From positions 1-57,681 of the IMG/VR virus record IMGVR_UViG_3300010403_000007: a stretch of 57,681 bases of DNA; one strand, 5' to 3'. A model generated the notes under the pieces. That model saw only the letters and a list, made by a program, of their open reading frames with translations. It did no database searches and was not told the DNA's origin. This DNA is from a virus. Its lineage: Duplodnaviria > Caudoviricetes. Shown here piece after piece: positions 45,347 to 55,039 of this stretch; within the stretch, counting starts at the first letter, position 1, and every line of letters starts with the position of its first letter. The translations under genes and the position numbers were made by a program.

Positions 45347-45751
45347 TCACTGCTCCGCGAGGATGAGCGTCCCGGCCAGGATCCGCAGCGGGTCACCCAG
45401 GTTGGTCGTCTTCGCGGCGGTGGCCGCGCCCCACCACCAGCGGAACGGGGTCCCGGCCGAGTCCCAGATCTCCACGCCGACGACACCGGACCCGCCGACG
45501 GCGGGCATGTTCGTGAAGACGATGTCGGCGAGGTTGCTGGCAGGCACGCCCGCCGACGCGGCCGAGAACGCGGCCGACTGTGGCGTGTACGCCGATCCGC
45601 CACCGTTGGCGACCTCGGTGCCGGGAGTGCTGTCGGATCCGTTCGCGGACATGAGCCGCACCATCAGCGGCAGCGTCGGCGCGACGGTCGTGTTGCCGGT
45701 GAGCCAGTTGACGACGCGGGCTTCTGCCGCATCGGTCAGGTTGTCAGCCAT
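45347..45751 (-). CDS. virion structural protein
   Basis: GTEV..G.Y.PQ, IWDSA.T pattern of small tail/neck proteins. Confidence 0.55.
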   Translation of the reverse strand: MADNLTDAAEARVVNWLTGNTTVAPTLPLMVRLMSANGSDSTPGTEVANGGGSAYTPQSAAFSAASAGVPASNLADIVFTNMPAVGGSGVVGVEIWDSAGTPFRWWWGAATAAKTTNLGDPLRILAGTLILAEQ

Positions 45752-45759
45752 TTGCTACC

Positions 45760-46569
45760 TCACACAGGCCAGGTCGTGACGGAGAGCGGGGAGATGTCCG
45801 GGGACAGGATCTTCGGGGCCTGCGTCAACCGGTTCGGGTTGAACTGCACCACCAGCTGATCGACTTCGTTGAGGCCGGTCAAGCCCCGGTCGAGGTAGTT
45901 GTCGACGGACGGGAACTGCACGCTGACGCCCTGCCGGGTCAGGGACTGCATGCGCTGCGGGAGGCGGCACGGCTGACCGGCGAGCGACTTACCGATCTCG
46001 CACGCCAGGATCCCGACCGCGTCGAGGGCCTCGGCGGGCACGGCCCGGCCGAACACCCCGGTGACGGTGAACGTGTTCGTGGCGCCGGGGTTCTTGCCCA
46101 TGTCCTGGCACTGCGGCCAGCACGCTCCGTCGGTCCGGACGAGGATCCGGCCGTTGTCGATGCGGTACGCCGACGGGTCGACGGTCGCCCCGTCGACGAT
46201 CGCTGAGGTGATCGACACGGTCAGTGGCAGCTGGAGTTCGCACGCGGCACCGCAGCACTGGATGCCCCGGCATCCGGCGTTGTGCCAGACGCCCTGCCAG
46301 ATGTAGGCGGCCGGGTAGCTGCCGGAGTCGTCGACACCCCACGGGTTCAGGATGTTGACCGGGTAGGTCTGGTAGAGCGGCGGGAGCTGCGCGGCGTTGC
46401 ACGGCCGGAACGTCATGGCCCGGGTGCCGAACTGGCGGCCGGTGAGCGCGTACACGGTGAACGCGGCCAAGCGCAGCGCGAGCGCCTTCTGGTCGGATGT
46501 GAGCCCGGACCACACGGTGGAGCACGGCGGGTCGGTGACGGTCCAGCCGTCCGGCGTCGCGTTGACCAT
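45760..46569 (-). CDS. head-to-tail adaptor
   Basis: LTGRQFG, WPQCQD, LACE, CRLP.R..SLTRQGVS, TGL.EVD. Confidence 0.8.
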   Translation of the reverse strand: MVNATPDGWTVTDPPCSTVWSGLTSDQKALALRLAAFTVYALTGRQFGTRAMTFRPCNAAQLPPLYQTYPVNILNPWGVDDSGSYPAAYIWQGVWHNAGCRGIQCCGAACELQLPLTVSITSAIVDGATVDPSAYRIDNGRILVRTDGACWPQCQDMGKNPGATNTFTVTGVFGRAVPAEALDAVGILACEIGKSLAGQPCRLPQRMQSLTRQGVSVQFPSVDNYLDRGLTGLNEVDQLVVQFNPNRLTQAPKILSPDISPLSVTTWPV

Positions 46570-46659
46570 CTCGTCTCCCCCTGGTGATGCAAGATCCCGG
46601 CCCCCGCCTCACTGCCCCCTCGCGGGTAGCCAGTTGACCGGTTGGGGGCCGGGATCAGA

Positions 46660-47352
46660 TTAGGACGCGCAGCCGCACGAGGCGGCGGGCGGTGCCAAAT
46701 ACGTCCACTGCAGGTGCCGGTGGGTGTCGCTCGGAAGTGCGACGAGCAACTTCTGCGCGACACCGGTCGTCATGTTCGCCAGGACGTTCTTCGGGCCGGT
46801 GCCCCAGCCGGTGCCCTGCTTGGTACGGCCCATCACCGTGAAGCTGACCGCACCGTTTTCGATCTTGAGATCTCCGACGGTCCCCTCCACCACGTTCGGC
46901 AGCAGGAAGTACCCGTACGGGGTCAGCGAGAACGTACCGACGGTCGTGCACGTCGAACCGGAAAGGTTCGTCCACACTTCCAGCCCGAACGCCCCCGCCG
47001 CGTAGTTGCTGGTCCGCGTCTGGAAACCGACGGCGGCCGGAGAGGCCGCGTCGTTGAGGACCAGCGTCGAGCCGGTGACCAGGTTGAACAGCTCCGGGTC
47101 GACGTTGCAGAAGGTGATCGTGACATCGATCCACTTCAGCTGCTTCGGGGACTTCTCGTTGACGCACATCAGACCGGCGGCGTTCTGGACGATGATCTCC
47201 GTCCCGGACTCCACCTGATCCTGCATCTCGACGGATACAAAGCCGGACGAGACGGCCGACACGCAGGATCCCACGGAAGGGGTGCCACACGAGTTGACCG
47301 CCTGGACCCGCATGGTCGTGCCCTGGATCGGGGCCTGACACACGGCAACCAT
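46660..47352 (-). CDS. major tail (tube) protein
   Basis: MRV...CG, SGFVSV, NAAG..CV, FCNVDP, GLEVW. Confidence 0.8.
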   Translation of the reverse strand: MVAVCQAPIQGTTMRVQAVNSCGTPSVGSCVSAVSSGFVSVEMQDQVESGTEIIVQNAAGLMCVNEKSPKQLKWIDVTITFCNVDPELFNLVTGSTLVLNDAASPAAVGFQTRTSNYAAGAFGLEVWTNLSGSTCTTVGTFSLTPYGYFLLPNVVEGTVGDLKIENGAVSFTVMGRTKQGTGWGTGPKNVLANMTTGVAQKLLVALPSDTHRHLQWTYLAPPAASCGCAS

Positions 47353-47355
47353 GGG

Positions 47356-47712
47356 TTACTCCTTCGGTTCCTTGCCGGTCCGCTCCTTGCGTCCCGGCGT
47401 GGTGTCGGAGCTGGCCGGAGCCTTCTCCGTCTCGTTTTCGATCTTGGCCTCGTCGGGGACGGTACCCAGCTCGGCCCGCTTCGCGCTGTCGTCCGGCCAC
47501 CGGTCGGAGCGATCCGCGTTGAACTCGTCGGCCACGTCCTGCGGGACACGGAACGACAGGGCGGCATCGTGCTCTCCGCGCTGCGCCTCCACGACCCGGA
47601 AGCTGTAGCCCTTCTCGTCGGCGATCTCCAGCAGGCGCCCGGCGGTCGCACCCTCCGGCTCGTGCTGGTCGACGATGACGACGGCGATCTTGTAACCCTG
47701 CTCAACAGCCAT
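47356..47712 (-). CDS. hypothetical protein
   Basis: LLEIA...FRVP motif. Confidence 0.6.
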   Translation of the reverse strand: MAVEQGYKIAVVIVDQHEPEGATAGRLLEIADEKGYSFRVVEAQRGEHDAALSFRVPQDVADEFNADRSDRWPDDSAKRAELGTVPDEAKIENETEKAPASSDTTPGRKERTGKEPKE

Positions 47713-47759
47713 GACAGCCCCTCGGCTTGTAGTTCCTCTTGATGTACCCCATCAGCGCC

Positions 47760-48692
47760 TCAGTACAGCCGTGCGGTGACGGCGGCGCCGGTGGAGACGG
47801 TCATTGCGTCGAGGCCCACGAGAACGAAGAACGCCACGCAGTCGATCGTCGTGGCGTACGCCTGCTGTGCAGTGGTCTGCCACGCGTTCCCGGACCGGTC
47901 AAACGAACGCTCCGGCGGGTTCACGTAGATCTCGGAGTCGCGCCAGATCGTGACGGCGCCAGTGCCGACGAGGTAGGCGGTTCCGGCCGCCGGAGCGGAC
48001 GCGTCGTTGTTCGGCTTGTTCCCGGAGTAGCCCCGGCCGAACGACCAGACCGACCCCATCGGGGTGTACAGCCTGCCCGGCTGCCCGGTCGTGGCCCGGA
48101 CCGGCTTCGGCATGAGGGACCGCTCCGCCAGGTACGGCGTGACGATCGGCTGGCAGTGGATGACGCCCGGGTACGAGTACTGGGCGAGAGCGTTCTCCAG
48201 CAGGCCGAGCCCGTACTCCAGGGTGACCGGCGTTCCGGGCGTCGGCGTGACGTCCAGGATGCCGGTGCCGCCGTTGAACTCCGGGCGGAGCAGGGCGGCC
48301 TGCACGTCGGCGTTGCCGCCCCAGAACGCCTGCTCGGCGACGTACTGCGCGTTGTCCCCCAGCCGGACCCGGGCGCGCCGCTCAACCTCGGTGGCGTCGT
48401 ACGGGAACGCACCGGCCTTGATGCCCGCGACGACCTCGAACGGCAGGCCGATCGCGTAGATGTCGCACGGGTCAAGGGCCGACGATGCCGGGATTGTCGG
48501 CGTGGTGCACGAGGCGGCGGCCAGCAGGTGCCCCTGCGCGCAGTGTTCCTGCGGGTAGGTCACCCCGCCGATCGCACCGTGGTCCGGCAGATCGAAGGGG
48601 CCGTTCGCGGCCGTGAACAGGCCGTACCGGATGTTCCCGACGGCGGGCTGGTCGACGATGACCGGCCCGGCCATTGGCGTCAGGGTCGCCAT
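47760..48692 (-). CDS. minor capsid / cement-type protein
   Basis: YGLF.AA, EQAFW, GVIH, TP.G....G.GY; follows the major capsid gene. Confidence 0.65.
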   Translation of the reverse strand: MATLTPMAGPVIVDQPAVGNIRYGLFTAANGPFDLPDHGAIGGVTYPQEHCAQGHLLAAASCTTPTIPASSALDPCDIYAIGLPFEVVAGIKAGAFPYDATEVERRARVRLGDNAQYVAEQAFWGGNADVQAALLRPEFNGGTGILDVTPTPGTPVTLEYGLGLLENALAQYSYPGVIHCQPIVTPYLAERSLMPKPVRATTGQPGRLYTPMGSVWSFGRGYSGNKPNNDASAPAAGTAYLVGTGAVTIWRDSEIYVNPPERSFDRSGNAWQTTAQQAYATTIDCVAFFVLVGLDAMTVSTGAAVTARLY

Positions 48693-48721
48693 GTAAGCGC
48701 CCTCCCTTCCATCGTGAGAAA

Positions 48722-48755
48722 CCGCCCGGCCGTCGGGGCGCCGACGGCCGGGCGG
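48722..48755 (-). terminator. hairpin after the major capsid gene
   Basis: CCGCCCGGCCGTCGG-GGCG-CCGACGGCCGGGCGG. Confidence 0.65.
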
Positions 48756-48762
48756 GTCAGGA

Positions 48763-50658
48763 TCACGGGTTGGACGGGAAGACGCCCTGCGTGGTGATGA
48801 CGGCCTGCGCGTTCGGCGCGTAGTTCGCCGCGCCGGTCGGGATCAGGCCACCCGGGACGGTGCCGATGGTGTAGACCCGGCTGTCGAAGCAGGTCTTCGC
48901 GGCGAGGATGCCCTGCTCGGTGAACAGCTGGGTGGTCTTGTTCTGCGCCAGCAGGGTGCTGTCGTAGACGGTGTCCAGGGTGATGATGTCGGCGTTGCCG
49001 CGCACCCAGGTACCGGCCGCGTAGACCAGGAACTGGAGGCTGTGCGGGAAGTCCTGCACGAAGTCGGTCGAGGTCGGGTCGGCACCGAAGCGCTGCCACA
49101 CCGACGGGGCGCCGGTCGGGTACGCCGCCCAGTAGAACGAGTCCTGCCAGTCGTACACGTACTGGGCGCGGGCGCCACGGGCGGCGAGCCAGTCGTTGAT
49201 GCGGCTCATGGTGACCGCGAACTGGTCGTCGGCGTTGCCGCCGTTGTAGAACGCGCGGCGCTGCACGTCGGACCGGATCCAGGCGAGGACCCAGTACGGG
49301 AACACGACTTCCAGGGTCGCGTTCAGCTGCATGCGCTGCCGGTACTTGTAGTCCGTGATCGCCATGTCGGCGGCTTCGAGCAGGGTGGACACGACCGAGT
49401 GGTCGGTGTACCAGGTGGAGCCGGTGCCCGGGGTGTGGCTGGTGACGTTGCTCGGCAGGGAGAGCGCGGTCGAGCCGGTGACCAGGGCGTTGATCATGAA
49501 CATGTTGATCTTGTGGTTGTGCGCGACCATCGCACCCCGCACGAACCGGGCGATCAGCTCCGGGTAACCCCGCAGCTGGAGCAGGTCCGCCTGGATCGCC
49601 AGACCGTCAGCCTCCAGCCGCGTGTCGGTGAACGACGGGCACGGCACCTGCATGACCGGCTTCGTCACACCGGTGATGACCTGCGCCTCGGTGTAGTGGA
49701 AGTAGCCCGCACCCGAGTAGATGGACGAGAAGTCCGGCCCGGTCGTGTACTTGATGCCACCCCGGGAGACGTTGATCTCCGGGATGTCCAGCATGCCGTC
49801 CGACGACTCCAGCTCGCACAGGTCGTACAGCACCTCGGACGGGGCACACCAGCCCGCACCGGCCGCCGTCAGCGACATGGGAGCGGAACCGCTGGCCGCC
49901 GCCGCCCGCCGCTTGATGTCGAGCGACGCGAGCAGGGAGCCACCCGGGAGGCGCTTCTCGCTGGCCGCGTAGTCGAGGATCGCGGTCGCGTCCTCGCCCG
50001 GGCCACCGGAAGCGGTCAGCTCCTTCGGGTAGTCGATCTTGAACTGCGCGACCGCGTCACGCCGCGCCGCGCCGCCACCACCGGCCGCCCCGTACTGGAT
50101 GATCCGCTTCTCGACGATCGCGCCGACGCGCTCCCAGGACATCTCCTCACCGACCTGCGCGTCCGCGTTACCGGCGGCGGCGAGGATCACGGCGGGGGCG
50201 CCGATGGTGCGGTCCGGAACGGTCGCCATGGCCTGCGAGCCACCCGACGCGGTCTGCGCGGCCACGGCCGCCACGTCCGGGCTGGACGCAGGAGTGGACG
50301 GCGCCGGAGTGGGCGCCGGGGCGGGCGGGGCCGGGGGTGCCGGGGGCGTCTCGACGACCGGCTCGTCCTCCGAGTCGTCGTCACCCAGCGACTCGGTCAG
50401 GGCCGCGAAAGCAGCGGCGGCGCCGGACCGGCGCTCGCGCTCCTCGTCGATGCCCCGAACGACCTTGTTCAGCTCGCGGATCGTGTCGATGTCGGCCTGC
50501 GAAACGTCGGACACATCCATGTCCGAGAACGTTTCGGCGGCCTGACGGGCCTGTGCGCGAATGTTGGTCAGCTCGTCGGCCGACATCGTCGCGAAGGCGT
50601 AACTGCCGTCGTCGAGAGTCGGGACCGAGAAAGGCAGCTTCACCTTCGGGTCTCTCAT
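48763..50658 (-). CDS. major capsid protein with N-terminal scaffold region
   Basis: LTAAGAGWCAPSE.LYD, RGGI, K....PCP.F, RGYPE, YDS.LL..N....LFTE. Confidence 0.9.
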   Translation of the reverse strand: MRDPKVKLPFSVPTLDDGSYAFATMSADELTNIRAQARQAAETFSDMDVSDVSQADIDTIRELNKVVRGIDEERERRSGAAAAFAALTESLGDDDSEDEPVVETPPAPPAPPAPAPTPAPSTPASSPDVAAVAAQTASGGSQAMATVPDRTIGAPAVILAAAGNADAQVGEEMSWERVGAIVEKRIIQYGAAGGGGAARRDAVAQFKIDYPKELTASGGPGEDATAILDYAASEKRLPGGSLLASLDIKRRAAAASGSAPMSLTAAGAGWCAPSEVLYDLCELESSDGMLDIPEINVSRGGIKYTTGPDFSSIYSGAGYFHYTEAQVITGVTKPVMQVPCPSFTDTRLEADGLAIQADLLQLRGYPELIARFVRGAMVAHNHKINMFMINALVTGSTALSLPSNVTSHTPGTGSTWYTDHSVVSTLLEAADMAITDYKYRQRMQLNATLEVVFPYWVLAWIRSDVQRRAFYNGGNADDQFAVTMSRINDWLAARGARAQYVYDWQDSFYWAAYPTGAPSVWQRFGADPTSTDFVQDFPHSLQFLVYAAGTWVRGNADIITLDTVYDSTLLAQNKTTQLFTEQGILAAKTCFDSRVYTIGTVPGGLIPTGAANYAPNAQAVITTQGVFPSNP

Positions 50659-50750
50659 TCCTCGAACACTCGGCCGGACCGTAGCAAGCACCGATGCGTC
50701 TGGACCGGATCATAGCCGGTAACCTGCGGTTCCTGGAGGAGGAGGTTCAT

Positions 50751-51677
50751 ATGGGGCTGGAACACGGCACCGAAATCACGCATTCACGGGATGTCAGCGG
50801 CGAACAGGTGTGCATCGGATACCCGCACCTGGACACGTTCGGCGCCAACTTCGTCGACTCGGTTCTGCGCGCCGTCGCCTACGACCGGACGCACGGAAAC
50901 CACCTGATGCACAGCTCCGGGCTGCGCAACACGGGCGCCCTGGCCGCCGCGTGGGGCCGGTCCGTGGAGCTGTCCCACGCCCGGAACACCATCGCTGCAG
51001 CGTTCATGGCGTCCGACGCCGACTGGCTGCTGTGGTGGGACACCGACATCGGCTGCGAACCGGACGCCGTCGAGAAGCTTCTGGCCGCCGCCGACCCGGT
51101 CGAACGGCCGATCGTCGGCGGCCTGTGCTTCATCGAAACCGAGTTCGAGCACGACTGGATGGGCGGACTCCGGTCACGGCTCGCGCCGACGCTGTACGAC
51201 TGGTCGTGGGTGGAGCCGGGGCTCGGCATGCCGGGCGCGTTCAAGCTGTCCACCCGCACCTCATGGCAGCCCGGCGAGGTGACCCGGGTCGCGGCCACCG
51301 GATGCGGGCTGCTGCTGGTGCACCGCTCCGTGTTCGACAAGATCTCCGACTGGCTGATGGACCAGGGCGCCCCGGGGCACATCTGGTTCGAACGGATCCC
51401 AGGACCGGACGGCGAGAAGTGCGGCGAGGACATCTCGTTCTGCATGCGCGCCCATCAGGTCGGGATTCCCGTCCACGTCCACACCGGCGTCGGGACCACG
51501 CACCAGAAGTCGGCCTGGTACGGGGCGCGGGAGTACGTGGACAAGCCGTTCACGCCGCCGGAGACGGTCACGGCGCTGCCGTCGGACCGGTGGCCGATGT
51601 TGATGATCAATCCGGAAACCGTCAAGGACGCCGAACGGGACACGCCGATCCATCGGCACGAGCACGGCCCGGTTTAG
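50751..51677 (+). CDS. glycosyltransferase (GT-A)
   Basis: ARN, WLLWWDTD, IVGGL, ATGCGLLLVHRSVF, GEDISFC, IPVHVHTGV...H. Confidence 0.85.
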   Translation: MGLEHGTEITHSRDVSGEQVCIGYPHLDTFGANFVDSVLRAVAYDRTHGNHLMHSSGLRNTGALAAAWGRSVELSHARNTIAAAFMASDADWLLWWDTDIGCEPDAVEKLLAAADPVERPIVGGLCFIETEFEHDWMGGLRSRLAPTLYDWSWVEPGLGMPGAFKLSTRTSWQPGEVTRVAATGCGLLLVHRSVFDKISDWLMDQGAPGHIWFERIPGPDGEKCGEDISFCMRAHQVGIPVHVHTGVGTTHQKSAWYGAREYVDKPFTPPETVTALPSDRWPMLMINPETVKDAERDTPIHRHEHGPV

Positions 51678-51767
51678 CTCATCCCGAACAGGCACTGACC
51701 GTCCTGAGTGGATCCTCGGAGAATTCCCCCTGCTGCCACCACCCTCGCGGCAGGGGGAATTTCTGCC

Positions 51768-52349
51768 ATGGCATCAGCAATGGCCAAGTTCTACACCTAC
51801 ACCCCGTACGCCCTGTTCGACGGCTCGAACGCCGCCGACGTCGTCTCCACCTTCAACGCCGCCCCGGCCGCCTACACCAACGGCTGCACCGGCACACTCC
51901 TCAGCTCCAGCGCGGGCACCTGCACCATCCGCTTCAGCAACATCAACGGCGGCGGAACCCTGGACGTCATCGCCATCACCGGCGACTGCATCACCCTCAA
52001 CGACTACCCGTACGCCATCGCCTCATCGGTCCTCGGCCTGAACGGCACGATCCTCACCAACGGCGCGTCGATCGTGAAGTACGGCGGGTTCGGGCAGCGC
52101 ATCATCGGCGCGCTGGCCGTCGGCAGCCAGAACCTGGCCATCAACATCGAGCCGGTCCAGCCGGACACCGGGTACGTCGCGAAGGCGTTCCTGGACGGCC
52201 CGGCGCTGGCCCTCGGCACGGTCACCCTCGGCACGCCGGTCAAGACCTCGGCGTCCGTCGTCACAGTCCCGGTCACCCTGACCGGGATTCTCCCGATCAC
52301 CCTGAGCACGTCCACGATCAGCGTAAATATCACGGCCCCGCAGTCCTAA
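51768..52349 (+). CDS. hypothetical Thr/Gly-rich, possibly virion protein
   Basis: Beta-rich ORF; QPDTGYV motif. Confidence 0.55.
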   Translation: MASAMAKFYTYTPYALFDGSNAADVVSTFNAAPAAYTNGCTGTLLSSSAGTCTIRFSNINGGGTLDVIAITGDCITLNDYPYAIASSVLGLNGTILTNGASIVKYGGFGQRIIGALAVGSQNLAINIEPVQPDTGYVAKAFLDGPALALGTVTLGTPVKTSASVVTVPVTLTGILPITLSTSTISVNITAPQS

Positions 52350-52360
52350 CCCCGGAAAGA

Positions 52361-52396
52361 CGAGAGGCTCCCGGCCACAGCGCCGGGAGCCTCTCG
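52361..52396. terminator. terminator hairpin
   Basis: CGAGAGGCTCCCGGC-N6-GCCGGGAGCCTCTCG between convergent ORFs. Confidence 0.65.
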
Positions 52397-52410
52397 ATCC
52401 GCATCCGATC

Positions 52411-52590
52411 CTACACTCGCGCCTTGACCCTCAGGCTTCGAGCGTTGTGCGGGTGTTCCATCACGGTCCGGCCGCCGACCGGCTGCCCGTCTTCAATTCG
52501 GGCATGCGCTGTGGTGCATAGCTCTCCGGTCAAGGCGCCGTCGATCGGGCATTTGCGGTACAGGTCCCAGTCGGTCACGGGCTGAGTCAT
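52411..52590 (-). CDS. small Zn-finger-like protein
   Basis: CPIDGALTGELC...PH..R. Confidence 0.45.
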   Translation of the reverse strand: MTQPVTDWDLYRKCPIDGALTGELCTTAHARIEDGQPVGGRTVMEHPHNARSLRVKARV

Positions 52591-52636
52591 CGCTTCTTCC
52601 TAACTTGAGGGCCGTTCTTCCTAAATTGGGGGGTCG

Positions 52637-52753
52637 TTACAGCAGCAGTCCGGCCATGTCGGCGAGAACCACGCCCGCCAGGATCAGCGCGGCGAGAACG
52701 AGCGGGCTGAGGATCACGGCGGCGAGAACAAAGGCGATTCGGCTGGCGCTCAT
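52637..52753 (-). CDS. small membrane peptide
   Basis: AAGGAG RBS; hydrophobic 38 aa. Confidence 0.45.
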   Translation of the reverse strand: MSASRIAFVLAAVILSPLVLAALILAGVVLADMAGLLL

Positions 52754-52806
52754 AGCGTCTCCTTCAGGCTGTATGCCCTAAGACTACACGAGTCTGGCAG
52801 GCATGG

Positions 52807-52842
52807 AAAAGCCCCCGCACCGGGGAAGGATGCGGGGGCTTT
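52807..52842 (-). terminator. intrinsic terminator
   Basis: AAAGCCCCCGCA ... TGCGGGGGCTTT with T tract on the minus strand. Confidence 0.7.
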
Positions 52843-52855
52843 CTGCCGTTCAGGG

Positions 52856-53011
52856 TCAGCTGGTCTTACGCCAGGTCGATCCAGGGTTCTTCGCGGCGAA
52901 CGCTTTCGCCTCGGTCTCCTTCACGGCCGAGAACGTCTTCAAGACCGTTCCGTCGGCCGCCTTCACCTCGTAGTTACCGAGGCCCGAACCTCCACCACAG
53001 TTGCATCCCAC
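52856..53011 (-). CDS. small GCNCG protein following the protease
   Basis: MGCNCGG...EAKA; AGGAGGAG RBS. Confidence 0.65.
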   Translation of the reverse strand: MGCNCGGGSGLGNYEVKAADGTVLKTFSAVKETEAKAFAAKNPGSTWRKTS

Positions 53012-53026
53012 GTCGTTCTCCTCCTG

Positions 53027-54562
53027 CTACTCCACCAGGGTGTCGAGCAGATCACCCATGGCCTCATCGTATTCCGATCGCAGGTCGGGCGCCGTGGCCC
53101 CGGCCACCAGCTCCGCCCACTCGGCCGCCACAGAAGCCCTCAGGGCCGCTTCCTGCTGCTCCAGGAACAAGCCCCGGGCGATGGCGCGACCCAGCTCCTC
53201 CGTGTCCGGCATCCCGGCCTGTGCGGGCGCGGGCGCCTCGTCAGCGACGAGAGCGAGCGCCCCGGCCGCGACGAGGGAGAACATGTCGTCCTCGGCGGCC
53301 GACGCGACCAGCATGCGCGGGATCGGGAACCCGGCCGTGTTCACGTGCAGCGCGGCGACCATCTCCAGGTTGCCGCCGATCCGGCGCCAGTCCCCGGACA
53401 GCGGGGTGGACCGCATCGACCGGACGGCGGCGTCGTCGGCTTCGGGAACGAGTGCCCCGGCGACCCAGATGCCGTGCTCGTCTTCACCGGCACGCACGAT
53501 GGCGCCGGTGTTGTTCGAGTTGTCGTAGTGCTCGGCGGCGGCCCGGTAGCCGAGGTTCGGCCCGGCGTGCCCACCGGCCCCGTACGTGAGGCGCCCGACA
53601 GGGATGCGGCTGCCGTCGGCGGTGATGGTTTCGCCGGTGTGGAAGTACGCGTAGTCGGTCTGCGACTTGGGCGGCTTCACGCACGACGATCCGATGCCGA
53701 CGTGGCAGGTGTCCCAGACGGCGACGTGCCCGTAGACGCGGCCGTCTTCGCCGATGTGCATGGGGGTGGGCCCGGCGAGCTTCGGGTCTTCGAACCATTC
53801 GCGGGGTGGCGCGGCCGGGGCGGCGGCGGCCATGAGTGAGCGCATCTTGTCCCGGGCCTCCTGTTCGTACGTCATCTCGTCGTCGTTTTCGATCTTGGTC
53901 TTGAACTCGACGTCGACCATGTAGCCGCCCGCGACTGTGGTCTCCGCGATCGGCTCCGGCGCGGCCTTCGGCGCCTTCGCCGGGGTGAGTACGGCCTCCC
54001 CGGCCAGCTCGGCGAACGCCGGGATGTGCACGAGGGTTGCCGACGCGAAGCGGCCCTTGCGGACCATCTTCAGGCGCGGCCCGTCGTACGCCTCTTCCGC
54101 GAAGACCGGCTCGACCGTGTCGCCGCAGCCGCAGTCGGATCCGGTCTTGCTGGCGTGCGCCATCTTCGCGGCCTTGATCTTGCCGCGCTGCTCCCGCTTC
54201 CAGTCCGCGTACGCCTTCGGTTCCGGCACGTGTTCCATCTCGGCCTGATCCAGGTCGACGGACGGGCCGATCACCTTGTTCTGAGTGAACTTCATCGCGG
54301 CGATGGCGTGGTTCCGGACGTCCTCGGGCCACTCGTCGTCGTCGTAGAACTCGCCGGACGCGGGCAGCATCCCGTCGGTTTCCTTGCCAACCTTGCTGAT
54401 GTGCCCGACGATCACGGCGTTCTGATGGCCACCAGAATCGCTCGGGACGTACCGCAGGGGCAGCGGCAGGTCGCGGTGCGACAGTGCGCCCTCGTCGAAC
54501 TGGCGGCCGTCGCCGGTCGGCTTGCCGATGACGGCGAGCGGCATCTTCCAGGCAGTGCCCAC
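53027..54562 (-). CDS. capsid maturation protease
   Basis: TGDGR, LPLPL, PSVDLD, ATLVHIPAF, GRVYGH.A.W..CH, HYD, LSGDWR, VNTAGFP. Confidence 0.85.
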   Translation of the reverse strand: MGTAWKMPLAVIGKPTGDGRQFDEGALSHRDLPLPLRYVPSDSGGHQNAVIVGHISKVGKETDGMLPASGEFYDDDEWPEDVRNHAIAAMKFTQNKVIGPSVDLDQAEMEHVPEPKAYADWKREQRGKIKAAKMAHASKTGSDCGCGDTVEPVFAEEAYDGPRLKMVRKGRFASATLVHIPAFAELAGEAVLTPAKAPKAAPEPIAETTVAGGYMVDVEFKTKIENDDEMTYEQEARDKMRSLMAAAAPAAPPREWFEDPKLAGPTPMHIGEDGRVYGHVAVWDTCHVGIGSSCVKPPKSQTDYAYFHTGETITADGSRIPVGRLTYGAGGHAGPNLGYRAAAEHYDNSNNTGAIVRAGEDEHGIWVAGALVPEADDAAVRSMRSTPLSGDWRRIGGNLEMVAALHVNTAGFPIPRMLVASAAEDDMFSLVAAGALALVADEAPAPAQAGMPDTEELGRAIARGLFLEQQEAALRASVAAEWAELVAGATAPDLRSEYDEAMGDLLDTLVE

Positions 54563-54598
54563 GCGCTACCCCTTTCTCTTTGCTGGCCAGGATACGGG

Positions 54599-55039
54599 TC
54601 AGGCTTGCGGGTTGTCCTTGATCGGGCGGGGCCGGACGGCATCCGGCTGGCGGTCCTCGATGGGGCGACCGAAGTTCGGGCCGATCCGGTTGTCCAGCAG
54701 CGGCGGATCGACGACTTCCTGCGGGCGCGGAACGGATCCGGCACGGCCGGTGTCGTTGCGGATGCCAGCACGCATGGCCGCATCCTTCACGGCGATCAGG
54801 CCGTTGATGGCCGTGGTCAGCTCCGGCGGGTCCAGGCTGATCTCCTGGATCAGCTGGCACGCCGCCTCGTACAGGGGAGCGCTGAAACGCTGAAGGTTCG
54901 CAGGCAGGTGGCTGTAGCAGAGCCACTGAAGGCCGTCACGGATTCCGGCGAACCGGCCGACGGTCAGGGCTTCAGCGTGATCGGGGGTGCCGTGGTTCTT
55001 CGGGCCGTCGGCGGTGAGTATGGGCAGGTACTCGGGCAT
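54599..55039 (-). CDS. hypothetical protein, Acb2/Tad1-like helical hairpin possible
   Basis: YSHLPANLQRFS.P...PELTTAINGLIAVKDAAMRA. Confidence 0.5.
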   Translation of the reverse strand: MPEYLPILTADGPKNHGTPDHAEALTVGRFAGIRDGLQWLCYSHLPANLQRFSAPLYEAACQLIQEISLDPPELTTAINGLIAVKDAAMRAGIRNDTGRAGSVPRPQEVVDPPLLDNRIGPNFGRPIEDRQPDAVRPRPIKDNPQA

